A stretch of 63,465 nt of DNA, filler included, from Octopus bimaculoides (GCF_001194135.2; 6 parts of 6 records of this genome joined end to end with filler, not necessarily neighbours in it), one strand, 5' to 3'; positions 23,406-37,328 are shown, numbered from the whole stretch's first letter. The notes: generated from the letters alone by a model not told the origin. Numbers and translations: made by a program.

Positions 23406-23699
23406 CCACCAATGCAGTGTTGAGCACTCATTCTCACTGTCCATGTGGCTCTGTCAGCCTGATTGCATGTCTATGCGAGTATACGTGTCCGTCTGTCAGT
23501 CTATATATGCAAGCGTACATGTAGATAAGAATTGTAAGTGTAAGTGTATTGTGTGTGTGCATATGTCTGTACATGCATATATATGATGCTCATTCATTGC
23601 GTGTGCAAAACTTGAAATCTCTTTGTGTTTTCTCCTTTCTGTTATCTCCTGATATAATAGCAAAGAGCGTCATCTGCTGAACTACGAAATATTCGTGCC

Positions 23700-24090
23700 A
23701 TACTTATTCAAAGACATCCCGCACAAGTTCACATTAGTGTGTATGTTTGTGCTTGTAAGTATTATATTTATTTATATATGGTCACTTCAGCCGTGTAACC
23801 ATATATGTACATTTTGGGATATTTTTTCCTTCACCTTTCCTGACGAAGAGCCATGTTGGAAACGTTATACACCTACTCTTTTTTTCCTTCTTATACTGAA
23901 CGTTAACCTAATACATTCCATGCCGACGTCCTTTTCACTTTTGTTTTTTTGTCATTTTTCATTTTCAATTTGCCTATTATCACCCGCTCACACATATGTT
24001 CTACGTCCTACCAACGATGCTTTGGAGTATCTCATTCTTGGATTTCCTGACACCTTGATTTACGTTACTCTTTGAATTCATTCGGAGTAC
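23700..24090 (+). mobile_element. Penelope-like 3' tail/pLTR region with degenerate hammerhead-like core at 23840-23863
   Basis: CTGACGA-aGAGC-cat-GTTG-GAAAC followed by a pyrimidine-rich tail; related to 11575-11750. Confidence 0.4.
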
Positions 24091-24099
24091 GTCGTTTTT

Positions 24100-24490
24100 G
24101 TGTATATATATTGACTGCGACCCTGTTGGAGCACTGCCTTAAAGGGTTTTAAGTCGAGAAGATCGACCCCAGGTTTTATTCTCTGTAAGTCTAGAACTTA
24201 TTCTATCGGACTCTTTTACTGAACGACTAAGTTGCGGAGACGTAAACGACGCACCAATATCGAATGATAAGCGTTGATGGGGAGACAGACACAGACATAA
24301 AGACAAGCAAACATAAATACACACACACACACACACATATATTTATTTATTTCAGTTTCCATTTACCAAATCCACTCACAAGGCTTTGGTCCTCCTGAGG
24401 TTATAGTAAAAGACACTTGCCTAAGGTGCCACGCCGTGGGACTGAATCCAGGACTATGTGGTTGAAAAGCAAGCTTCTTACCACACATTT
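24100..24490 (-). mobile_element. SINE family A
   Basis: Reverse complement of head, core and tail. Confidence 0.8.
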
Positions 24491-25229
24491 CTACCTATAT
24501 ATATATATAACANNNNNNNNNNNNNNNNNNNNNNNNNNNNNNNNNNNNNNNNNNNNNNNNNNNNNNNNNNNNNNNNNNNNNNNNNNNNNNNNNNNNNNNN
24601 NNNNNNNNNNNNNNNNNNNNNNNNNNNNNNNNNNNNNNNNNNNNNNNNNNNNNNNNNNNNNNNNNNNNNNNNNNNNNNNNNNNNNNNNNNNNNNNNNNNN
24701 NNNNNNNNNNNNNNNNNNNNNNNNNNNNNNNNNNNNNNNNNNNNNNNNNNNNNNNNNNNNNNNNNNNNNNNNNNNNNNNNNNNNNNNNNNNNNNNNNNNN
24801 NNNNNNNNNNNNNNNNNNNNNNNNNNNNNNNNNNNNNNNNNNNNNNNNNNNNNNNNNNNNNNNNNNNNNNNNNNNNNNNNNNNNNNNNNNNNNNNNNNNN
24901 NNNNNNNNNNNNNNNNNNNNNNNNNNNNNNNNNNNNNNNNNNNNNNNNNNNNNNNNNNNNNNNNNNNNNNNNNNNNNNNNNNNNNNNNNNNNNNNNNNNN
25001 NNNNNNNNNNNNNNNNNNNNNNNNNNNNNNNNNNNNNNNNNNNNNNNNNNNNNNNNNNNNNNNNNNNNNNNNNNNNNNNNNNNNNNNNNNNNNNNNNNNN
25101 NNNNNNNNNNNNNNNNNNCGATGGTGATGAAAAAATTGATATTCTCTAACTGGAAAGGTTTTTTTCTTACATTTTATAAATTTTTAAGATCATTTACCTT
25201 TAGATTTTTTTGTTTTCTTCTTGCATTTG

Positions 25230-25291
<62 letters not shown>

Positions 25292-25514
25292 TGTATAACT
25301 GTATGTATATTTATTTTTTCTGCCTTTTAGTGTGTATAGTTGGGTAATTTTGTGTGTGCGTATGCCCCCGCGATAATATTGCGTACAATTCGGGAGTTAC
25401 ACGCGAAGATTCTACGAGCGCGCGAGCACACGCACACATACACACACATACACACACGCACACACACATATATATACACACTCACATACACTCACACACA
25501 CATATATATATAAG

Positions 25515-25700
25515 CGCAGGTGTGCCTGTGTGGTAAGGAGTTAGTTTCTCAAAGATATGGTTCTGGATTCAGTGCAACTGCGCGCCACCTTCTCCAAGTG
25601 TATTTTGCTGCAGGCAGAGGCCGACCAAATCCTCCTGTGTTGATCTATTAGACGGAAATTGAAAGAAATTAGTCATATCAGCCTGTCTGTTTGTCTGCCT
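25515..25700 (+). mobile_element. SINE family A head, strongly diverged
   Basis: gcgcaggtgtgcctgtgtggtaag...ggccgaccaaatcc...gacggaaattgaaagaa. Confidence 0.65.
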
Positions 25701-25705
25701 CTGTC

Positions 25706-25758
<53 letters not shown>

Positions 25759-26179
25759 GTCTTTGTGTTTGTNNNNNNNNNNNNNNNNNNNNNNNNNNNN
25801 NNNNNNNNNNNNNNNNNNNNNNNNNNNNNNNNNNNNNNNNNNNNNNNNNNNNNNNNNNNNNNNNNNNNNNNNNNNNNNNNNNNNNNNNNNNNNNNNNNNN
25901 NNNNNNNNNNNNNNNNNNNNNNNNNNNNNNNNNNNNNNNNNNNNNNNNNNNNNNNNNNNNNNNNNNNNNNNNNNNNNNNNNNNNNNNNNNNNNNNNNNNN
26001 NNNNNNNNNNNNNNNNNNNNNNNNNNNNNNNNNNNNNNNNNNNNNNNNNNNNNNNNNNNNNNNNNNNNNNNNNNNNNNNNNNNNNNNNNNNNNNNNNNNN
26101 NNNNNNNNTATATATATATATATATATATGCACACATATATATATCTATACATATATATTCACACACAGACACAAACGC

Positions 26180-26220
<41 letters not shown>

Positions 26221-26719
26221 CACGCACGCACGTATGCACAAAGGAAAGGAATGCTTTTCTAGTGACTGACTGTATGTGTATGTATGTGTATGTGTATTTC
26301 CGTGTGAAGCTGTGCGTACGTATGTGTAAATGTAAGTATATGTATAAAACACACTTAAAGGCGCATTAAGAGATAAACAGAAAACCACATAGACGCAAAC
26401 TTGAAGATTTCATACTCATTTACCCAAACACATGTAGAAACCGAATCACACACACTCATACGCTCACTCGGATATCGAGTTTGTTGTTTCAACTGTTGTG
26501 GATCTCAAACTACAGTTGATAAAATGCTCAACTACCGTTTGCAAATATTCCATATGATGGCGTTGTAATGTCCTAATACTAATTTAATATGTTGATATCA
26601 TATATCAATATCTTTGTATTGATATAATATTAAATATTTTGTATATCGGTGTATATCATGTAAAATACTTAGCGTTAAGTGAAAAATAAGATCTCAGCTG
26701 TTAAATATTTCTTCCCTAT

Positions 26720-26925
26720 ATAAGTACCAGACCGATAAATAGCGTGCAGGGAGTACTCTATTATTGACCTCAGTGCATAACTGGTACTTTATTCTGTTGA
26801 CCCCGGAAGGTTGAAAAGTAACGTCAATCTCAACAGGAATTGTATTCAGAACGTGAAAAGGAACAATTAAATACAGCAAAGCATTTTCTGCGACGCACTG
26901 ATAATTCTGTCAGTGTACCGTCTAA
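26720..26925 (-). mobile_element. SINE family B, diverged
   Basis: gacctcagtgcataactggtactttattctgttgaccccggaagg...cagaacgtg. Confidence 0.6.
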
Positions 26926-26974
26926 CAGTATTTTAATGTCAATGTTAAGTTTATCGAGGAATGTATTAACAAAA

Positions 26975-27194
26975 TCTTTTGCTTGTTTCAGTCATTAGAC
27001 TGCGACCGTGCTGGGGCACCTCTTTGAGGAATTGTTAATCGAATGAATCAGTACCATTTTGTTTGGCTTAAGCCTAGTACATTTTCTATCGGGGTCATTT
27101 GCCGAAACCGCTAAGTTATGGGGATGTAAGCAGACTACCATCAGTTGTCGAGCGTTGGTGGATACAAAGACATACATTGTATAATATACAAACA

Positions 27195-27228
<34 letters not shown>

Positions 27229-28170
27229 NNNNNNNNNNNNNNNNNNNNNNNNNNNNNNNNNNNNNNNNNNNNNNNNNNNNNNNNNNNNNNNNNNNNNNNN
27301 NNNNNNNNNNNNNNNNNNNNNNNNNNNNNNNNNNNNNNNNNNNNNNNNNNNNNNNNNNNNNNNNNNNNNNNNNNNNNNNNNNNNNNNNNNNNNNNNNNNN
27401 NNNNNNNNNNNNNNNNNNNNNNNNNNNNNNNNNNNNNNNNNNNNNNNNNNNNNNNNNNNNNNNNNNNNNNNNNNNNNNNNNNNNNNNNNNNNNNNNNNNN
27501 NNNNNNNNNNNNNNNNNNNNNNNNNNNNNNNNNNNNNNNNNNNNNNNNNNNNNNNNNNNNNNNNNNNNNNNNNNNNNNNNNNNNNNNNNNNNNNNNNNNN
27601 NNNNNNNNNNNNNNNNNNNNNNNNNNNNNNNNNNNNNNNNNNNNNNNNNNNNNNNNNNNNNNNNNNNNNNNNNNNNNNNNNNNNNNNNNNNNNNNNNNNN
27701 NNNNNNNNNNNNNNNNNNNNNNNNNNNNNNNNNNNNNNNNNNNNNNNNNNNNNNNNNNNNNNNNNNNNNNNNNNNNNNNNNNNNNNNNNNNNNNNNNNNN
27801 NNNNNNNNNNNNNNNNNNNNNNNNNNNNNNNNNNNNNNNNNNNNNNNNNNNNNNNNNNNNNNNNNNNNNNNNNNNNNNNNNNNNNNNNNNNNNNNNNNNN
27901 NNNNNNNNNNNNNNNNNNNNNNNNNNNNNNNNNNNNNNNNNNNNNNNNNNNNNNNNNNNNNNNNNNNNNNNNNNNNNNNNNNNNNNNNNNNNNNNNNNNN
28001 NNNNNNNNNNNNNNNNNNNNATATATATATATATATATATATATATAATACGATGCACTTCTTTCAGTTTCCATCAACCAAATCCACTCACAAGTCTTTG
28101 ATCGGCCCGTGGCTATATAGGAGGCACTTACCCAAGGTGCCACAGAGTAGGACTGAACCTCGAACCATAT
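26975..28170 (-). mobile_element. SINE family A spanning an N-gap (may be two copies)
   Basis: Tail half 26975-27170, head half 28050-28170. Confidence 0.65.
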
Positions 28171-28390
28171 GCCTGGAAATGAAGAAAATAACTTGCAGTA
28201 TTTATTTTCGTCTCTTTACGTTCTGAATTTTATTTCTCACGCAGTTGCTTTTGATTCAGTATTTCAGAAAATAAGATGACACTAAAGTACTCCAATCGAC
28301 TCACTTCTCGTGATCTGATGACGGATGAACATAATTTAACTATTTTTTCAACCAAGTCAAGCTAACGCGTAGGAGTTCGTTCGTTGACAC

Positions 28391-28502
<112 letters not shown>

Positions 28503-30004
28503 TTATTTATTTTTTACTGCAGCGAAAAAATAATAATATTACAATTCTTTTATCTAAATTTCTAATTGGCTGGTCAATACGAAGGACTGAGTTTATAGTC
28601 TTCATAAGGCCTTTAAGACTGATGAGGTGTTGTTGGTTCGGCTGCTGGGAAACATTTGCAGGGTAGGATTTCCAGAATGTAGCTAGAATTCTTGTGAAGA
28701 AACGACTTGCTATAATGACTAGTGTTGAACCCAGTGACAGACACAATATATAATGACAATATGAGGAGAGAGGGAGAGAGAGAAAGAGAGAGAGAGAGAA
28801 AGGAAGAGAGAGAGAAAGGGGGATAAAGAGAGCAAGATTGAAGGTGGTGCAAGAGCTACTAGCTTCCACAAACAGATATAAACTAGTAAAGGTTGAAAAG
28901 GCAGTGAGAGGACACAGCATGTCTGTTTTCTACAGTTCGGATTGACTTTGTATCAAAGTTTCGGTTGGAATTTCTTCGGATGTAATCTAGAACGCGCGCG
29001 CGTGGTATTTCTCAACATCCAAAACATCGCAGCAGTATTTCTTTTGTGTTTCGCCAGAACTTTGTAGTGATAGTTGTTGGCGAAGGAAATGTCTTCAGAA
29101 GATGAAAAAGCCAGTCTTTGTTAGACACCATTTTGCCATGTTCGCAATGCGCGTTCTCTATGAAAGATCCCTCGGTGATAGTCAAACCTAGTTTTTATAA
29201 TGAACTTGAAAGATTATGAATTTCATACGGTTCCTGTTGGAGTAATAACGAAAGGGGATCAACCGTCTACACTTACAAACATAGGTAGATTTGTCTGCAA
29301 GTTAAGTTCATTTGTCTACGTAGGCACTTATATGTTCCAAGCGTTCAACATAATCTCATCGACCATCTGGCTAACAAATTAATATATTTATACTGCTATA
29401 ATATCTTAGCATAAATACATTCACAGTGAGAGCCATTAATCGTCGGTAAGTGATATTATAAACTGCAAGAACTTTATATTATGATAACTAAATCTGACAA
29501 GGAATATAATTTTATGAACTCTAACATAATAACTATAATTAAAATTTTTTTATGAACTCTTATATAATTACTATAGTTAAAATATGAAATACTTTCACTG
29601 TGGTCTACACGTGTTAATAGGATGAGTATGTGTGTGTGTGTAAGAAATGTTCAGCAAGCTGACACGTGAGTATGAAAATAGCGATAATGTAAGCTTTACA
29701 ATTTAGATATAAAATAGTAATAATATATATATAATAGTAATAATATTATATAATATAATATTCAAGACTGGCAGAAATTAAATAAAACAACTTCAATAAA
29801 ATGATATGAAACTTAGAAGGATAGTACAGTGTAAAAAGGAGATGCATTAGCTTGATAGATTATGAAGTTCATACTGTTCCTTTCGGAATGATAACGAAAT
29901 GGGATCAGTGATTGTCTAGTATTTTCTTTATCCATCTTGAAACGATAAAGGGCAAAAATCGAACAGCTTTAGTGAAGTGCAAGCTAACGCTGAAGATTAA
30001 CCCA

Positions 30005-30330
30005 AATCAAACGAAAATTCGGAAGAGTTCTATCTGGTAACCTCCACCTTCAACTTAAGCAACATGAATACATGTAAGAATGTCCTGTCTTCTGTAATGC
30101 GCCATTTTCCATCTACACACAAATAATATAAGGCTTTTGATTCTTACAATGTTAAGTACAACTATTCTTGCCTTGATAACATCACTTGCATGATTACACA
30201 TCTGCATACCCACAACGACTGTCTTCTTGCAGATGTCATTATAAAATCCCTTTGCTCAATCTTGAAATTGTGTAATACCGAATATTAATACAAAACATAG
30301 CGTTATCCAGAGGAACTACATCAGACTTAC
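30005..30330 (+). mobile_element. Penelope-like (Naiad-type) RT-to-GIY-YIG linker fragment
   Basis: IW*PP-FNLSNMNTCKNVLSSVMRHFPSTHK*YKAFDSYNVKYNYSCLDNI matches the WFNPPF...K.FL..I..HFP..H....FN...VK.SYSC.PN pattern. Confidence 0.65.
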
Positions 30331-32593
30331 CACTAACAACTTCAAGAGACATTTCATTTAATATTTATGTTGAAGTCGAAGAACATGAAGAAATCCTCAT
30401 TCTTGTCCCGATTTATCTAGAATCTCTGAGATCAAGGACACCTTCAGCCCACAATAAGTGGAGATGTTGTTGACAGAAGTACTCCCTATTTCAAAGGTTC
30501 ACACAACAATAGAATTTGCGTATCTGAAAACTTCCAGATACACGAAGTAGAAAAGCCGAGATGTTAAATACCCTTTAACATATACAGACTTTTCACAAGA
30601 GAATTTTCGGCCAGCAGTACATCCGGAGTCAAGCGACAGAATTTTCAATAATTTTTTTTTTTTTTGTTCGAGCCACAAGACGTCGTCATCCCGCATATCA
30701 TTGACTAAACACCTTGGCCGTTTATTTAGTTCTATAATTTAATGGTTCTGATTTAGAGCCAATGGCATTTCCGATTAAGTAGCTCAAGTAGACCAATAAC
30801 AACTGACTTTACTAACGAGTAACGAGGAGCATTATACTAGCTGTCCGCAGTTACATATTCATTTGTGAATAACATATGAAAGATGTGAGGCATACTGCAT
30901 GTCTGTATGAAACTTTTCGTAATGCAGTACTTGATCATTAGCAGTTTAATTATAACTATATACTCTAAATTATAGATTGAGTTCTCATTTCATTCGCTTC
31001 TACATATAAAGGTCTGTATAAGTGTGTGTACCTGTGTACATACTTATATACACACAACTGTGTACACAAGCACACACACACACATAAATATATATGTGTA
31101 TATGCGTGTGTATGAATGTATATACACACATATATTTCGTGTGCATGCATATCTTTACATCAACTGTGATATCACTTTAATATACTGATATCGCTATTCG
31201 ACATGATATATTAGATTCTCAACGTCATAATATCATGTGGTGTCTATAACAGAATAAATAATTATTCTCTACTTAAGATGGCGTGTCATTCGATACAATA
31301 ATATACAATGCCATATCACACATCACACTCCATATATATACATTCCCCCCACCCACAAACACTATTGTCATCTAACCTAACTCATACACATACACATGGA
31401 TTCATTTGTTCATACNNNNNNNNNNNNNNNNNNNNNNNNNNNNNNNNNNNNNNNNNNNNNNNNNNNNNNNNNNNNNNNNNNNNNNNNNNNNNNNNNNNNN
31501 NNNNNNNNNNNNNNNNNNNNNNNNNNNNNNNNNNNNNNNNNNNNNNNNNNNNNNNNNNNNNNNNNNNNNNNNNNNNNNNNNNNNNNNNNNNNNNNNNNNN
31601 NNNNNNNNNNNNNNNNNNNNNNNNNNNNNNNNNNNNNNNNNNNNNNNNNNNNNNNNNNNNNNNNNNNNNNNNNNNNNNNNNNNNNNNNNNNNNNNNNNNN
31701 NNNNNNNNNNNNNNNNNNNNNNNNNNNNNNNNNNNNNNNNNNNNNNNNNNNNNNNNNNNNNNNNNNNNNNNNNNNNNNNNNNNNNNNNNNNNNNNNNNNN
31801 NNNNNNNNNNNNNNNNNNNNNNNNNNNNNNNNNNNNNNNNNNNNNNNNNNNNNNNNNNNNNNNNNNNNNNNNNNNNNNNNNNNNNNNNNNNNNNNNNNNN
31901 NNNNNNNNNNNNNNNNNNNNNNNNNNNNNNNNNNNNNNNNNNNNNNNNNNNNNNNNNNNNNNNNNNNNNNNNNNNNNNNNNNNNNNNNNNNNNNNNNNNN
32001 NNNNNNNNNNNNNNNNNNNNNNNNNNNNNNNNNNNNNNNNNNNNNNNNNNNNNNNNNNNNNNNNNNNNNNNNNNNNNNNNNNNNNNNNNNNNNNNNNNNN
32101 NNNNNNNNNNNNNNNNNNNNNNNNNNNNNNNNNNNNNNNNNNNNNNNNNNNNNNNNNNNNNNNNNNNNNNNNNNNNNNNNNNNNNNNNNNNNNNNNNNNN
32201 NNNNNNNNNNNNNNNNNNNNNNNNNNNNNNNNNNNNNNNNNNNNNNNNNNNNNNNNNNNNNNNNNNNNNNNNNNNNNNNNNNNNNNNNNNNNNNNNNNNN
32301 NNNNNNNNNNNNNNNNNNNNNNNNNNNNNNNNNNNNNNNNNNNNNNNNNNNNNNNNNNNNNNNNNNNNNNNNNNNNNNNNNNNNNNNNNNNNNNNNNNNN
32401 NNNNNNNNNNNNATATATATATATATATAATGTATTTATATATGTATGTATGTATACACACAAAGTGCGATGGGTAAACTCTCGCAATTTTATATTTTTT
32501 ATTTCGCGCGTGCGCATTGTTTGCTTTTGATTTTGTCGACTACACAGTATAGTAGGGTTAGTTGGGCAACGTCTGTGAGAAGAACAACACCAT

Positions 32594-33325
32594 GATGCAA
32601 TTTACTCTGCCAGAAATTTGGAAACGGCATGCTGTACTGCTTGGCATTCGCATCGGACTCTCCAATACGAACATTTGAAAACGTTTGGGTGTCAGTCTGA
32701 GGACGGTATAAACTGAGAACATGTACTGAGAGTGATAAAAATCAAACATCCAGTCAACCTCATGGTGTTTGGAGTGATCACTAGTGATGGCGACGTTATG
32801 CTGCGTCCATTCATCTTCTCACACGGCCTCAGACTCAGCATGGAGGCCTACGTTAAGTGCCTGGAGGAGGTAGTACTGCCCTGGGTCAAGAGGGAGGCTG
32901 CTGGAAGACCCTATGTCCAGCGACAGTACTTTGCGCCATACCACAGGAAAACCCAGTCATGGCTGTCAGACAATTTCTACGAACACATCATCCTTAACAT
33001 CTGGTCACCTAACTTCCTAGTCTGCACCCCACTTGATTATTATGTGTGGGGCGTAGATGAACGACAGACCAACAAAACTGAACTGAAGGCAAGGATTATG
33101 GCAGCATTCACCAACTTAAACAAGAAGACCGTCCACAAGAGTTGTAGAAGATTCCGAAGTCGTCTGGAAGCCGTGGTTGAAGCCAATGGCGATATTATTG
33201 GATAAATTTACTCTTTTGTATTTCAAGATATTTTTTATGTAATTTTAGTAAATATTTCTGTTACAATGAGATGTGAGTGCTATTTTTATTTTTGCGTAAT
33301 TTAGACAATTTATTCACAGCCCTGT
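32594..33325 (+). mobile_element. Internally deleted maT/DD37D-type Tc1/mariner transposon remnant
   Basis: N-terminal HTH-like piece MQFTLPEIWKRHAVLLGIRIG..LGVSLRTVY, then 32732-33205 MVFGVITSDGDVM..PWVKREAAGRPYV..IWSPNFLVCTPLDYYVWG..RFRSRLEAVVEANGD (degenerate WPPNSPDxNPLDY); right TIR ...aatttattcacagccctgt at the scaffold end. Confidence 0.8.
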
Positions 33326-33425
33326 NNNNNNNNNNNNNNNNNNNNNNNNNNNNNNNNNNNNNNNNNNNNTTAATTAATTAANNNNNNNNNNNNNNNNNNN
33401 NNNNNNNNNNNNNNNNNNNNNNNNN
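33326..33425. other. Synthetic scaffold spacer
   Basis: 44 N + TTAATTAATTAA (33370-33381) + 44 N. Confidence 0.95.
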
Positions 33426-33524
33426 ATATATATATATATATATATATAGATATATAGATATAGATATATATACAGATATATATATAGATAGTTATATATA
33501 TATATATATATAATTAAAATAATA

Positions 33525-33773
33525 ATTATATACATATGCATATAATTATATTAAGTGAGCAAAGGCGAAAACGACCCTTACGCAACATGCTTGAAGTGCC
33601 GAGGGACACTCAAAAACTACCCAAAACTCCAGATTAACCATACACATGACTGAAAACGTATCTTTAATCTGGAATTTTTGATAGTTTTGAGTGTCCTGGC
33701 ATTCCAAGCATGTTCGAGATTGATCGTTTTCGCCTTCACTCTCTTAATACAATTATATACATATGTATATAAT
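33525..33773. mobile_element. MITE/foldback with ~110-bp inverted arms in a TA-rich context
   Basis: aaggcgaaaacga...aacatgcttg...gacactcaaaaacta...ccagattaa mirrored by ttaatctgg...tagttttgagtgtcc...caagcatgtt...tcgttttcgcctt. Confidence 0.8.
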
Positions 33774-33928
33774 CATTAATTTGCTGTATGAATTACCTGT
33801 AAATGTTTATAGCATGCTGACTATTTGATAACAATTACTAATGTGACATTATCCTTATATTCTGTTATGAATTAATAAATAATATATATATATCTCAGAT
33901 ATACATATATGTATATGTATGCACACAC

Positions 33929-34072
<144 letters not shown>

Positions 34073-34769
34073 GTAATAAATGAAAAAATGTATGGCAAAA
34101 ACAAACGACATAACGTATACTGAGTGTACAACCAGACGGGAAACAAATACAGAAATTCCCCAAGTCTTCATCAGTTATCGACCAATTGGTAATACTCGGT
34201 TTCGCACTATTAACAACAAGATTGCGGGCTTCCCATATTTGCGGTGCTCGTAAATTTTTTGTGGAGAATTCAAGGCCAACAGCAAATGAAACAAAGCAAA
34301 ACAACACAGTGATTTGGGACGGTGGACAAAGACGAAGATTCGAGCAAAATATGACCTTAGGGCCAAGAAGACAAGAATAATGGATAACACGTAGAAAATA
34401 TCCTAAAGGATAGAGAATGGAAAGACAGAGAATTTGCGGGTACTGGGCCAGTGTGGAAAAGGAAGCATATGTATATATGTATATGGATATATATGTTTGG
34501 GTTCGTGTGTCTGTAATCCGTTTGTTTACATATATATATATATATATAAAAAGTAGAAAAGTAACGCACGACTTGCTATGTATAAGGAAAATAAGACAAT
34601 GTAGAAAATGCTAAAATAATTTTATCATGAAGTACACTTTAGTACCTGTTTCCGTCTTTTAGACTTTTTCGACTAAGAGTAAAATAAGAAAAACAATTAA
34701 ATTAAAGAAAAAAAAACTTCAGTGAAATGTTTTGTAAATATTTCAATTAGTCTTCAAATAGTGTGTTTC

Positions 34770-35720
34770 TCTCTCTCTATTCCTTTGCTTGGTTGGTAAG
34801 TAGTACTATATCTGAAGGAATAGTTTTATGAGTACAAAGAATTGATGGTTTAAGCATCAATTCCAAAAGCGAGTCATCTCTATAGAGGCCTCCGGAGATA
34901 TTAGGGAAGTGTTGCTTAACTTTCGAGAGGAGAAATAGTCTCACAAGGTTTGTTAATTGGGCTGAATGCGAGGATCTCATTGTTATATAAAAAAAAGTGT
35001 CAGAATTAGTATTACGGGTCCAATTTTTATCATGATAGCTTATAAGGGTCTTTCTAGTAGCCAGGATTATGTCTATATGAGATGCAGAAATGGTTGTATA
35101 GTTTTGGGCAAATGATAATGCTTCGCTCAGTAGGGTAGGTGTTATTGAAACGTAATAATCCGAGATATCAAATTGGATGAAATTAATATGATGTTGGCCT
35201 TGAGGGATGAAACCATGTAATTATGTCACCGGTAGAGTTCCAGAGGAGAAGCTCTACGTTTTCTTTAATTCGGGGTAATATTCTATCTAAAATTGTTTTA
35301 CTAATGATGCCTAAGTCCGATTTTGTTGGACGTATCAACCGAATAGAAGGTTTAGCTTGAAAGATGGGTTTACGGTCCTTCAGTGTAAAACGTGGTGCTC
35401 TCAGAACGTATGGTTCAGTTCTGTTGAGTAGGTCCAAATCCTTTATTAAATTATAATATATTTTATTAATATCATTCAATGCGTTTGCGTGAGTGTGTTT
35501 GTAATTAGTGTTTAGGTCTTTTCGTATTAAATTATTATAGGTTTCGATAGATAATGCAAAGAGGTTCCTAGTTTTATCAGTAAATACATGTACATGTTGT
35601 GAGGAATATATTTTAGATATGGTTTCAAAGAGTTCTTTTTGAAATGGGTTAGTATATTTAGAATATTTTAGGTCTTATATCATATTGCAAGTCTTTTATA
35701 AATATGGTGAAAATGAACTG
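34770..35720 (-). mobile_element. Penelope-like (Naiad-type) reverse transcriptase core, decayed
   Basis: FTLKDRKPIFQAKPSIRLIRPTKSDLGIISKTILDRI; DISDYYVSITPTLLSEALSFAQNY; ITMRSSHSAQLTNLV..GGLYRDDSLL (cf. LKDHK.NF...P.CRLINP.KS, FDI..FYPSI, FDVTMGS.DGAE, GLYRDDGL). Confidence 0.8.
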
Positions 35721-37289
35721 GATTGATAGGAAAAGGGAGAACGGGTGAAAACAGCTGAAAGAGATAAGAAAGATGTTTTCGCTCTCTTTTTTGTCTCTCA
35801 GTATAGGAACAGACACGTAAGTTGCATATATGTATACATTAATATAATTTATTACATAGATTTAGAAATGATGATATATATATCTACAAAAGAAAATAGG
35901 AGTTAGAAATTATATAAAATGTACCTGTATGATCGGAATAAAAGATTTATGCGTTTATTATTAAAATTCCTAAAATATATAGAAATGATCTTAACTATAG
36001 AGGTAAATCTATGTGTAATAGCTCGGTTAAACTAATAGAATGATAATCTCTAAGGTCAAAAACAGACGGTTCTGCTATTTCTTGCTGATCAACCTGCACA
36101 AACCTTTATGCTGCACATTACTTCATTTCTATCAACTCGACATTACCTAAACAGTTGCTCGAAGTAACCACAGAGCAACAGGAAATGCAGTGATTTTTCC
36201 CAAGAATACAATGCCTCACCCGGTGCAGCAATCAAACACCCTGATCTCAGGATCATGAGTACAAAACCTAACCGTTAGGCCATAGGTTCTCACTGGTTAC
36301 ACTGACAATATAATCCTAAATCTCATTGCACCTATGTCCGTATCATAGTTCTGATCACGAATTCCAGATATCCTATGATAATGGGGAAAAAGACGGAAGA
36401 TTGAGAGTTGACATTTCATACTAATCTCATATTTGGGATCGAAAAAATGACACGAATCTGATTTAATAATATCTAGGATATTATATCTTCATGGCCGGTG
36501 GAGTTTTTCTCACCTTGAGAATAATTCTCAAATTAAAGAATAGATCATTCTAAATTATAAGGAATGTGTTTAGCTTTCAAATTGAAAATATATGCAGGAA
36601 AGAGTGTAGAATTCTTTAGGGTATCTTTAGGAAATAAATGGCAATATGAGTAATATCTTTTTCTGTTTTGAATTTGAAGAAACATGTGAAATTTAGACCG
36701 GTTATGTGTTCTAAAAATAATTTGTAATCCTTAGTTATATTCGCTTTACAATTATATAGGTCTTTTATTAGGATTCGACAAGAAAGAGTTCTTAGATGCA
36801 GGTAAGAAAAATGTTACCATTGATATTGGAAGAAATATATTATTGTTCGTAACATTGTTACAAACCATGTTATATAATTTATATAATTTATATAACAATC
36901 ATCTGCGCTGCATTTATTCGTTTAGTTATTTGCCTCAAAATTATAATTATTGCTATTTATATCACCATAATTATAATTTTATTATTACTCTCAAAACCAT
37001 TATTACCAAACTTATTAGTGTTAATGTTTGTGGCAATGTTACTCTGTGTAATATTATTGTAATTTCGACTTAGATTACAATCGATATTATTAGAAGTAAT
37101 GTAGTCAACAGGACAATTATTGTAAATAATCGAATTTTTGGTATATTTAGAATAAATATAATTCAGGTTTAATTTATAGCGATTTAATGTTCTTATAATA
37201 GAGGCTAAATTAGGCGCGGTTCAATAAGATAGTTTGACGGTTGACTTGTTGAAAATTTTGTAGTACTTATGTTATCTCCTTCTCTCCTT

Positions 37290-37328
<39 letters not shown>

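Noticed and set aside
23695-24075. 126-aa hydrophobic ORF as a membrane protein
   Set aside because: Arises from the T-rich PLE-like tail; no recognisable domain.
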